Virus record (IMG/VR): IMGVR_UViG_3300021478_000019
Span: 53,511 to 117,510 of that record
From: a virus
Length of the DNA stretch: 64,000 nucleotides
Direction: 5' to 3' (one strand)
Shown here piece by piece: positions 8,740 to 16,713 of the stretch. The translations under genes and the position numbers were made by a program. Below the pieces are notes generated by a model. The model had not been told where the DNA came from, ran no database searches, and saw only the letters and a program-made list of their open reading frames with translations. Within the stretch, counting starts at the first letter, position 1; each line of letters starts with the position of its first letter.

Positions 8740-9359
8740 TGCCTCAGACCGGCTACTGGCCGCAGCAGTACTACAGCACCACCGCGGCCACCATCAACTA
8801 CACCCCGATCATCACCACCACAGCCATCAGCCCCAACACGATCTGGCAGAACTGGGTGAACACCTCGGCCACCACTATCACCTACGTTCCCACCTACTCC
8901 AACGAGGTGTGGCACAACTGGGCCAACCAGCTGAGCCAGTACGACTACCGGTACACGCTGCCGGCGCCGACGCCCGAAGCTATCCGTGAAGGCGAAGAGC
9001 GTTACGAGCGGCAGCGCCAGGAGCTACAGGCTGCCCGCACCCGTGCCCGTGTGCTGCTGGGCGAGTTCCTCAACGAGGGGCAGAAGACAGAGCTTGAGCG
9101 CCACGGTCGGTTCCATGTCACCGGGTCCAAGGGCCGGCGCTACTGCATCCGCACCAGCGGGCAGCAGGGCAACGTGGACCTGCTCACCGACAAGGGCGAC
9201 GTTCAGGCCACCTTGTGCGCCCACCCCCGTGGTGGCCTGCCTGACGGTGACGCCTGGCTGATGCAGCTGATTGAGATCCGTCATGACGAGGACCGTTTCC
9301 TGCACGTCGCCAACGTCCACCGTGGCCAGCTGCCTCGGGAGCTAGTCCGGGCGTACTGA
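8739..9359 (+). CDS. Hypothetical partner of the Ubl; T/N/W-rich N-terminus, coiled coil, C-terminal domain with CAHP motif
   Basis: TGATG coupling to the Ubl gene; 'TLCAHPRGGLPDGDAWLMQL...DEDRFLHVAN'. Confidence 0.8.
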   Translation: MPQTGYWPQQYYSTTAATINYTPIITTTAISPNTIWQNWVNTSATTITYVPTYSNEVWHNWANQLSQYDYRYTLPAPTPEAIREGEERYERQRQELQAARTRARVLLGEFLNEGQKTELERHGRFHVTGSKGRRYCIRTSGQQGNVDLLTDKGDVQATLCAHPRGGLPDGDAWLMQLIEIRHDEDRFLHVANVHRGQLPRELVRAY

Positions 9360-9360
9360 C

Positions 9361-9452
9361 CCATGGGAGGAATGCAGAGGGGTCGGCGTGTGGGATTGAT
9401 CACCCACCACTAGCCAGCGAGGAACGGCTGGCACCCTCTGCATCTCCTATGG
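9361..9452. other. Three-way-junction RNA structure between convergent genes (terminator or ncRNA)
   Basis: Outer stem CCATGGGAG..ATGCAGAGGG / CCCTCTGCAT-CTCCTATGG enclosing hairpins GTGGG/CCCAC and GCCAGC/GCTGGC. Confidence 0.55.
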
Positions 9453-9665
9453 CTCGGTGGTACCGCCCAGCGCCGCTGCGATCTCGGACACCTTGGCCTC
9501 GACCGCGGCCACCAGTTCGTCCACCTTGGCCTCGATGGCGGGCCGCACCTCGGCAGCGGCAGCCTGTACCGCGGTCTTGATTTCGGCAGCCTTGGCCTGG
9601 ACGCTGTCGATCAGGGCCCGGAGATCTGCGGCGACGGGGTTATCAGCAGGGGGAGTATCAGTCAT
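9447..9665 (-). CDS. Small Ala-rich helical protein
   Basis: MTDTPPADNPVAADLRALIDSVQAK...; TAGCAT -10 lies 7 nt upstream (leaderless). Confidence 0.65.
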   Translation of the reverse strand: MTDTPPADNPVAADLRALIDSVQAKAAEIKTAVQAAAAEVRPAIEAKVDELVAAVEAKVSEIAAALGGTTEP

Positions 9666-9694
9666 GATGTCGATGCTAATGCGGGAGGTCAACA

Positions 9695-9985
9695 GTGAAA
9701 GTCGAAGCCGTTCAATGCGACGCCAAGGGTTGCCCCAATATCGAGGTGCCCGAGGGGGCCGATCTGCCTTACGGCTGGTTGCTGGTGGATATCTACCAGG
9801 AGGGTGACGGCAACGTGGTGAACGGTGCCGTCTTTTGCTCCTGGGTCTGCTTGAGCGCCAACAGCCAGGCGCGCACCCCGGCGGCGCCGCTCAAGCGCAA
9901 GCGCCGCACCAGGGCCCAGATCGAGGCCGATGCGTTGGCTGCTACCCACGGCTCTGTCCCTGACCTGGAGATCCCCAGTGCCTGA
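9695..9985 (+). CDS. Zn-finger protein with basic 'KRKRRTRAQIEAD' tail
   Basis: GGAGG RBS; CxxxxC...FCSWVC. Confidence 0.7.
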   Translation: MKVEAVQCDAKGCPNIEVPEGADLPYGWLLVDIYQEGDGNVVNGAVFCSWVCLSANSQARTPAAPLKRKRRTRAQIEADALAATHGSVPDLEIPSA

Positions 9986-10151
9986 CGTACCGGACAGCCT
10001 GGAGGCGTTCCCTCCGGTGTCTGAGCTAGGCGGCGCCATCGGGCGCACGGCCTCTCCAGCCTGCAAGCAGGGCCAGCATGACCTGTGCCAGGACGACAGC
10101 TGCCAGTGCCGCCATCATGAGCGGCTCTGGTACGACCGCGTCATCTCCTGA
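9978..10151 (+). CDS. Small Cys/His-rich protein
   Basis: GTG at 9978; 'ACKQGQHDLCQDDSCQCRHH'. Confidence 0.6.
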   Translation: MPDVPDSLEAFPPVSELGGAIGRTASPACKQGQHDLCQDDSCQCRHHERLWYDRVIS

Positions 10152-10624
10152 TGCACCAGGAGACCTTCAACCTGGTCTGCGTGATCTTGGAGGACTCAGC
10201 CGGCAAGGACGTCGAGGAGATCGCCGCCACCATCCTGCGAGATCTGGGCTTCCAGGGGGAGGAGATCCTCGACCACCTGGACCCGCCCAAGGGGATTGGG
10301 CGCTGGCTGGAGTCACACGGGCTGTCCCTGGTGGCCACCCATGAGGTGGCCCCACCGCAGGAGTGGGATGAGCTAGAACAAGAGGCCCACCTGGAGGAGG
10401 CTCGACTTGAGGGGGGGACTCCCAAGGGAGAGATACCGTCACTCCAGGTGGGCGATTACGTAGAGTACAAGACCGCCCCACAGGGTCCGCGCAAGGTGTC
10501 TCAGCTGGGCTCGGGGGCGGTGGTGGAGGTCTCCGACCAGGGTGGGCTCATCGTGGTGCAGGGCAGCCCCCACGATGTGTACCTGCGCCCTGGTGACGGA
10601 GACACCATCAACGTGGTCCGCTAA
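10151..10624 (+). CDS. Hypothetical protein, possible C-terminal SH3/KOW-like barrel
   Basis: TGATG coupling; 'LQVGDYVEY...GAVVEV'. Confidence 0.65.
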   Translation: MHQETFNLVCVILEDSAGKDVEEIAATILRDLGFQGEEILDHLDPPKGIGRWLESHGLSLVATHEVAPPQEWDELEQEAHLEEARLEGGTPKGEIPSLQVGDYVEYKTAPQGPRKVSQLGSGAVVEVSDQGGLIVVQGSPHDVYLRPGDGDTINVVR

Positions 10625-11607
10625 CCCCGCCGTAGCCGGCGCCGCGGCTCAGCTGGGGGCTCGGGCACCTCGACGACGGACGGAACGGGCTGCTCGGGAG
10701 TCATGTTGAAGGCCACGCCCTCGACGGTTTTCCCCAGGTCTGTGAGAAAGCTGTCGAAAACGTCGGACATGCGGGCCACGAAGGTGTTGCCGAACCGGTC
10801 GAGGATGTCCTCCAGGCCGGCCCAGTCCGGGGCCACGATCACGTCGGTCTCCTCGACCACGGTGACGACCTCGGGCTCAGCTGGCTCCTCCTCGGGCTCC
10901 TCTGCAGCTTCCTCCTCGACCCCGCTCTGAGCAGCCAGGATGTCACTGACCATCTGCTCCCGGCTCTTGCGAGGAGGCAGGTTCAGGGTGGCAGCCACCT
11001 CCTTGAGCCGCAGCATGGACATCTCCTTCAGGTCGGTGCGGGAGTAGATGTCGCCGGCTTCGGCCTCCTCGGTCGCTTCCTCGGTGGCCTCGGGCCGGAT
11101 GGCGGTGACGGTGGCCTCGACGGGCTCGGCGTCTTCGTCCCAGCCCATGGGGGTCAGGGCGTCGCTCAACTCGTAGACGGCGATCTCGTCGTCGAGGAAC
11201 TGGCTGGAGATCCGCTCCATCTCGTCGTTGCGCTCGTCGTCCCACAGGATGAACAGGGCTGACTCGCTGGCCTCCTTCAGGATCTGCTCCATCTGCAGTA
11301 GGGGGTTGTCGATGTTGTAGGTGCGGGAGGCGCTGTTGGCCACCTCGGTGAAGGTGCGCCGGGCCCGGTCGTCGGGCTTGGTGATCACCTCGTAGGGGAT
11401 CTCAAATTCCTTGGCCGAGGCGGCGTAGTCGGCCAGGGTCTGGGTGAACTCGTCGGCGGTCAGCACGAAGACCCAGCGGACCTTGTCGTCCTTGGACACC
11501 TTGCCATCGATGAACTCCTCGATGAGGGTGGTGCCGTGTTCAACGTCCATGGCTCCGGTGCCGAAGAAGCCGATGGTCAGGGCTGGGGTGGATGCTCGGG
11601 CAGGCAA
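10621..11607 (-). CDS. Acidic protein with Rho-N/HeH-like motif
   Basis: TTG after AAGGGAG; 'DLKEMSMLRLKEVAATLNL...SREQMVSDILAAQ'; Glu-rich linkers; ends PRRRLRRG. Confidence 0.75.
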   Translation of the reverse strand: MPARASTPALTIGFFGTGAMDVEHGTTLIEEFIDGKVSKDDKVRWVFVLTADEFTQTLADYAASAKEFEIPYEVITKPDDRARRTFTEVANSASRTYNIDNPLLQMEQILKEASESALFILWDDERNDEMERISSQFLDDEIAVYELSDALTPMGWDEDAEPVEATVTAIRPEATEEATEEAEAGDIYSRTDLKEMSMLRLKEVAATLNLPPRKSREQMVSDILAAQSGVEEEAAEEPEEEPAEPEVVTVVEETDVIVAPDWAGLEDILDRFGNTFVARMSDVFDSFLTDLGKTVEGVAFNMTPEQPVPSVVEVPEPPAEPRRRLRRG

Positions 11608-11697
11608 TGGGGGGCTCCCTTCGTCAGTACCCCCCCATGCCAGCAAAAGTCAGGAGCCACCTTGAGCCCGGCGCAGAAATAATCAGGAAAAAAATAC

Positions 11698-11723
11698 GGT
11701 GCCCCTCTGGGGAAAGGGGCACC
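11698..11723 (-). terminator. Hairpin followed by a T-run on the minus strand; terminator of the baseplate operon
   Basis: GGTGCCCCT-ctggggaa-AGGGGCACC; the A-run at about 11688-11694 gives a U-tract on the minus strand. Confidence 0.65.
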
Positions 11724-11788
11724 GCTTAATATCCAACGTCAGGATGGACGAGGTGACTATAACCAAGGTACTGGCAACAAGCAAGCAC

Positions 11789-12100
11789 CTATCTGGACCG
11801 ACGACTTTGGGACCTGGTCATGACCGCGCTCACCATGTCGTCGCGGTGGGAGCGCAGCACGGTGTCGACGGCGTGGGCCAGGGCAGCCATGCCAGCTGCG
11901 CCCAGGGCGACAAACGTCCTGGTAGTGGCACTATAGTGCGGAATCAGTAGTACCAATACGGCACAAACGACCAGGTTCACAAAGGATTTCATCCAGGCCA
12001 CCTGGTGCAGACCCACCCGGCTGGCCACCTCCTTGTACAGCTGCGTCAGCTTCATCGACCCCAGGCCGATGATCAGTACATACCCCAGTACCGTCCCCAT
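11789..12100 (-). CDS. Small membrane protein (about 3 TM helices)
   Basis: Hydrophobic segments VLGYVLIIGLG, FVNLVVCAVLVLLI, FVALGAAGMAALA. Confidence 0.7.
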   Translation of the reverse strand: MGTVLGYVLIIGLGSMKLTQLYKEVASRVGLHQVAWMKSFVNLVVCAVLVLLIPHYSATTRTFVALGAAGMAALAHAVDTVLRSHRDDMVSAVMTRSQSRRSR

Positions 12101-15100
12101 CACCACAAGGTGGGGTCGAGGGGGGGTGCGGTGTTGCCGCTGCCGAAGCTGACGGTGTAGGAGGAGCCCATGGGCACGAAGCGGTATAGCTCGGCCCGGA
12201 GGCGGGTGCTGCGGGCGTTCAGGCCCCGGTAGTAGTAGGTGGCGCCGCTGGAGCCCTGGGTGTAGTCCGGGTTGCCGGCGTACATCGAGAAGTCCATGTA
12301 GTCGGGCATGGTGGCGCCAGGGGCCAGCATGGCCGAGTTGAGCAGGAAGCTGGTGCCCGGCCCGGCCTGGGGGAAGCGAATGAAGGGGTACACCTGGTTG
12401 GCCGGCACGTTGGTACTCTGCTCGACCGGCGTCTCGCCCCGGATGGAGTTGTCCGGGGGGAACTGGTAGCGCACGAAGCCCTGGGTCAGCGGGAAGGTGT
12501 CGTAGTCCTCGTACCAGGTGCCATCGGGGAAGTACCAGCGCAGGCCGATCCGCATGGCTGCCATGGAGGGGTCGGGGGCGTTCATGTACCTGGCGTAGAT
12601 ACTGAAATTCAGCAGCTGGCCCGGTACCGCCGCGAATCCGTTGACATTATTGGTTTGCGGGGGCTGGGCCTGCACGAACCAGTTGCCGCCCACCATGGCC
12701 GTGCCCAGGTAGAAGTAGCCCTGGTTGATGAAGAACCAGTTGTTGGGGGAGGTGGTGCTGCTGGCGGGATCCATCCAGGGCCGGATGGCGCCTGGGCCCA
12801 GGGTGGCGCCGCCGAACCAGTCGTTGTTGGGATCGGCCCACCATCCTGCCGGCAAGGTAGGAGGAGGCTGGGTGAAGGTGAGGACTTCCCCGGCCCACAC
12901 CACAGCGCGCTGGTCGACCGGGTTGACCTGGAGGGATCCGATGCCATGCACCGTGAACGCTCCCGGTGGCTCATCCGGCGAGGTGTAGTGGATGTAGAGG
13001 GGGGTGGAGGCGATGCTGGTCGGAACCGGGGGCGGGGCTCCCAGGAAGACGCCGAGGTCGTCCCAGTAGTGGACTTCTCCCGCGGCATGCACGGTGACCA
13101 CGGTGGGCCACAAGGTCACGTAGGCGGCGTTGGCAGGCACGGTGCCGGTGACCGCTACCTCGGTCCACACCGAGGTGGCCGGGTTGCTGGTGGCGACTAC
13201 GTCGGTGACGGCGGTGCCGGTCACGCCCGACACGAAGCCCCCGGCGGCGTTGTAGAAGTTCATGGTCAGGCAGCACGGCTCGGCGGTGGCGCCGGCCAGG
13301 GCCCAGGCCGTGGCGGTGAGAACCTGGGCGGGGACGACCGAGTACTTGGTGACAGAGACGGGCCCGAAGTACGCAGCCCCGCTGGCCACCGTCGAGGTCA
13401 TCTGCACGCTGGAGTTCCCATTGTGGTACTGGTTGTGGCTCACGGCGATGGTGCAGCCGGCGGGGTTCCCCCAGTCTCCCCCGAGGCTGCCGGTCTCCAA
13501 CGTGGAGGCGTTGTAGGTCAGCATGTTGGTGGGATCGAGGGCGGCAGACCAGCCGTCGAAGCCGATCAGCTGGGTGGTTGGCACGTAGGTGCCGAAGCTG
13601 GTCAACGGGTTGGACAGCAGGTTGGTGCCCTGGGGCGACAGGATGATCTTGGTGTCGCGGGGGTAGTCGTAGACCGGGGTGTCGACGCCGATCTTGTTGG
13701 GCGGGCAGGGCCAGATCATGCCCAGGGTGATGTAGTGGGCCTCACCACCGGCTGCGGAGATGATCCGCAGCCGGGGGTAGATCCAGTAATACCCCGTGGT
13801 CACGGTAGTGGTGCCGTCCGAGTTGTAGACGGTGGTGTAGGGGTTGAGGGTGGCCGTGACCTGAAACTGCTTCCAGTCATGCAGCGTGCTGGTGACCGTC
13901 GTCGCGGCTCCGATAGCGATAGGACTGCCGTTGCCAACGTCGCCCCAGATCGATAGCTCGACGGAGCGAGCCACGCTCGACCACACCTGGATCTGGAAGG
14001 TGACGGTGCCGGGCCCGTCGATGCCCGACAGGAAGTCCAGCACCGGGATGGGGTCGGTGGTGATGTCGATGACACTGGTCAGAGTCACCTGGGCCCGCAT
14101 ACCGGTGTTGTTGTAGGGCGGCGGGTTCCCCCCCACCGGGGGCTGGAAGCCGATGATCTTGGTGGGGTTGGTCATGCTCGCCACCGTCAGCAGGTTGGGG
14201 ATCTGCGTCAGGGTGAGCCCGGAGTTGGTGCCGCTCGGGATGGGGAAGGTCTTGAGCCCCACGTCCGAGGGGGGCGGGGGCCAGGACTGCCAGGTGCCGA
14301 TGGAGGAGTCCATGACGCTGTCGTCCCGAGTCAGCATCAGGTTGTAGCCGTGATGCACGATCTGCGCCATCGGGTAGCTGGTCATGATGGAGGCGAACTC
14401 GGTGATGCCCCGCGGCGAGCCCTTCAGCTTGTAGAGGTGGATGGCGTTGGCGATCAGCTGGCGTTCCTGCTGCATGCCGATCTCGGGCTCGTTGGGCAGC
14501 CCCACTTGGAAGGCCAGCAGTGGCAGTAGGGCCCCGGAGCAGTTCAGGGCGTCGTTGACACTGGTGAGGGACTCAAGCTCGGTGCGGATGAAGTCCAACT
14601 CAAAGCCCAGCATGGCCAGGTAGCGCTGGAGTGGCGGCTGTGCATCGCTGCCGTCAACAGCCCAAGGATTGTAGGGGTCGACGAGTACGAAATCCTGGTC
14701 CCGGTAGGCGCCGGGCAGCAGTTCGTACATCCGGTTGCCGTAGCCCCAGTTGATGGGGAGCAGGGCGATCAGGTCGGTGCAGCGAACCCAGACCAGGTTC
14801 TTGGCATCCCAGCCCCACATGGTGTAGTAGTTGAAGCCCGGCGTGGGACCGACATCGGTATAGCTGGTGGCTTGGCCGACCGGCTGATTGAAAATGATCA
14901 GGCCATCGGTCTCGTCCTGAGGCAGGTTGTGACTATTTATGACCAGCTGCAGGATGGTGCATTGAGTGGACTGCGGCTTGCGCCAGGTCAGGTGCAGGGT
15001 GGTGTAGTTGAGGGGCGTGGAGACGAAGGGGGCGACTGAGAAGTCCGGTCGGGCCAGGTTGGGGTCGAGCCCGAAGCGAGCGGTCCCGTAGATGTTGGCG

Positions 15101-15114
15101 CCATAGACGGCCAC
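12100..15114 (-). CDS. Baseplate wedge/tail protein (P2 gpI-like) with carbohydrate-binding-like domains
   Basis: 'LLPLLAFQVGL...RQLIANAIHLYKLKGSPRGI' P2 I-like motif; CBM4/9-like 'NMLTYNASTLETG...WTEVAVTGTVPANAAYV'. Confidence 0.8.
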   Translation of the reverse strand: MAVYGANIYGTARFGLDPNLARPDFSVAPFVSTPLNYTTLHLTWRKPQSTQCTILQLVINSHNLPQDETDGLIIFNQPVGQATSYTDVGPTPGFNYYTMWGWDAKNLVWVRCTDLIALLPINWGYGNRMYELLPGAYRDQDFVLVDPYNPWAVDGSDAQPPLQRYLAMLGFELDFIRTELESLTSVNDALNCSGALLPLLAFQVGLPNEPEIGMQQERQLIANAIHLYKLKGSPRGITEFASIMTSYPMAQIVHHGYNLMLTRDDSVMDSSIGTWQSWPPPPSDVGLKTFPIPSGTNSGLTLTQIPNLLTVASMTNPTKIIGFQPPVGGNPPPYNNTGMRAQVTLTSVIDITTDPIPVLDFLSGIDGPGTVTFQIQVWSSVARSVELSIWGDVGNGSPIAIGAATTVTSTLHDWKQFQVTATLNPYTTVYNSDGTTTVTTGYYWIYPRLRIISAAGGEAHYITLGMIWPCPPNKIGVDTPVYDYPRDTKIILSPQGTNLLSNPLTSFGTYVPTTQLIGFDGWSAALDPTNMLTYNASTLETGSLGGDWGNPAGCTIAVSHNQYHNGNSSVQMTSTVASGAAYFGPVSVTKYSVVPAQVLTATAWALAGATAEPCCLTMNFYNAAGGFVSGVTGTAVTDVVATSNPATSVWTEVAVTGTVPANAAYVTLWPTVVTVHAAGEVHYWDDLGVFLGAPPPVPTSIASTPLYIHYTSPDEPPGAFTVHGIGSLQVNPVDQRAVVWAGEVLTFTQPPPTLPAGWWADPNNDWFGGATLGPGAIRPWMDPASSTTSPNNWFFINQGYFYLGTAMVGGNWFVQAQPPQTNNVNGFAAVPGQLLNFSIYARYMNAPDPSMAAMRIGLRWYFPDGTWYEDYDTFPLTQGFVRYQFPPDNSIRGETPVEQSTNVPANQVYPFIRFPQAGPGTSFLLNSAMLAPGATMPDYMDFSMYAGNPDYTQGSSGATYYYRGLNARSTRLRAELYRFVPMGSSYTVSFGSGNTAPPLDPTLW

Positions 15115-15115
15115 G

Positions 15116-15904
15116 TCAGATCCCTATCGCCATCCAGGCCAGGGCCACCAGAGCGCGGGCGTCCACCCGGATGTCCTCAATGAACTGGATGATGGCGTAT
15201 GAGTTGGTGAGCGCCTGGAGGATCAGCTGGTCCTCCATGTACTGGAAGGCGTACCAGCCCAGCATGGACCCACCGGGGAAGGGCAGCTTCATGTAGACGA
15301 AGCTCATCAGGGCGGTGAAGGGCGGATCGAAGTAGACGGTCAGGTTGCCGTTGTTGTCGCTGCCGCCCCAGGTCTGGCCTCCCTGGATCCGCAGAGCCTG
15401 GCCGGGCCTACCGCGAACGGTGTTCTGATCCAGTTCCGCGGTCACGTAGCCCTGCATCTGGGACGCGGTCACGCCCGTGCCCTGGACCTGGCCCAGGTTC
15501 ACCAGGTTGTGGGCGCCTCGGGCGGGCGGGGAGGTGACCGGTGCGCTGAAGCCTCGGGACCCGTCAGCCCGCGGATATTGGTGATGGTCATCCGCTCCCA
15601 GGTCCAGCAGGTAGCGGTGGTTGTGGCTGTGGGTCCTGGCAGCCTTGTTCTGGTACAACCACACCACCGAGGCGCCGATGGTGGTCTTGCTGGGGACGGT
15701 GAAAGGACGCACCCCAATGGTCTGCTCGATGGCGATGACCTCTTGGTGGATCTGATCGGTGATATGCGCCGAGTCGATGGTGAGGTCGGTAGTGACCGGC
15801 AGGCCGGTGTTGGGATCGAGCCCGGAGGTCAGCATGTGGTTGGCGTCGCCAGGCTGGTCCTGGTAGACGAGAAACTGGGCCAGGGAGGTGGGGTAGCTGG
15901 CCAT
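15116..15904 (-). CDS. Tail fibre-related protein (paralog A)
   Basis: 'HSHNHRYLLDLGADDHHQYPRADGSRGF' His motif; lies in the baseplate block. Confidence 0.7.
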   Translation of the reverse strand: MASYPTSLAQFLVYQDQPGDANHMLTSGLDPNTGLPVTTDLTIDSAHITDQIHQEVIAIEQTIGVRPFTVPSKTTIGASVVWLYQNKAARTHSHNHRYLLDLGADDHHQYPRADGSRGFSAPVTSPPARGAHNLVNLGQVQGTGVTASQMQGYVTAELDQNTVRGRPGQALRIQGGQTWGGSDNNGNLTVYFDPPFTALMSFVYMKLPFPGGSMLGWYAFQYMEDQLILQALTNSYAIIQFIEDIRVDARALVALAWMAIGI

Positions 15905-16710
15905 CAGCTGCCCAACGCGATCCACGAACAGGAGAAGTTCATGTACGGCTGCCAGCTGTAGTCATGGGAGACCTGCACCACCACGGCGTTTAGGGCGTAG
16001 GCCACCAGGGTCACCTGGGCCTCGATCCAGTTGTAGGGCCCGTTGGGGCAGCCGCCGCCACCCGGTGGAGGGAGCTTGGTGCAGGTGAATGCTTGCAGGC
16101 AAAAGGGGAAGGGCGACGAGAAGGGTATGGTGACCCGCCCATCGCCACCGGTGCAGGCGGTGGTGAGCCCGCCAATGATCTTCCAGGTGCCGGCGTGAGG
16201 AGTGCCCCACAGGGCCTGAGCGCCGGGCGCTCCCACTACCGCTTCCAGGGCGGCGTCGTCCGCGATCTGCTCGGCCTGGGCGGCGTTGATGTAGCCGAAG
16301 GACTGCACCTGGTGCAGGGTCACCAGGTTGGAGGCGCCGGTGCCGGCGACCCCGTTCACTGGCGCAGTGAAACCCCGCGAACCGTCTGCCCGAGGGTATT
16401 GCAGGTGATCATCACCAGCTGCGTCGCCCGTGAGCAGGTGATGGTCATGGCTGTGGTTGACCGGAGCCTTATTGGTGTAGAGGTCTTGCACGGCGCCCGA
16501 GAAGGTGACGTAGGGCGTGCCCGAGAACGGCGCTGACCCCAGGGTCTTCTCGATGGAGTACACCTCGTCATGGATCTCGTTGACGCTGTGGGCCCAGATG
16601 ACGTCGGTGTAATCGTGATAGGTGGTGAAGACCTTGAGGGCGTTGGGCCACACCGCATTGACGCCTGCTATGGGTGCGGGGCGTTCGCCAGGTGGGATTG
16701 AAACCGACAT
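15904..16710 (-). CDS. Tail fibre-related protein (paralog B)
   Basis: 'HSHDHHLLTGDAAGDDHLQYPRADGSRGF'; collinear with 15116..15904. Confidence 0.7.
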   Translation of the reverse strand: MSVSIPPGERPAPIAGVNAVWPNALKVFTTYHDYTDVIWAHSVNEIHDEVYSIEKTLGSAPFSGTPYVTFSGAVQDLYTNKAPVNHSHDHHLLTGDAAGDDHLQYPRADGSRGFTAPVNGVAGTGASNLVTLHQVQSFGYINAAQAEQIADDAALEAVVGAPGAQALWGTPHAGTWKIIGGLTTACTGGDGRVTIPFSSPFPFCLQAFTCTKLPPPGGGGCPNGPYNWIEAQVTLVAYALNAVVVQVSHDYSWQPYMNFSCSWIALGS

Positions 16711-16713
16711 CGC

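Noticed and set aside
9361-9452. tRNA or hammerhead ribozyme
   Set aside because: Only two internal arms, no TTC T-loop or CCA end, and no CUGAnGA/GAAA core.
12655-13956. Long antisense ORFs (this one, also 34925..36001, 36043..37053, 56578..57570, 31573..32451)
   Set aside because: They are mirror frames of well-supported genes, as expected at high GC3.
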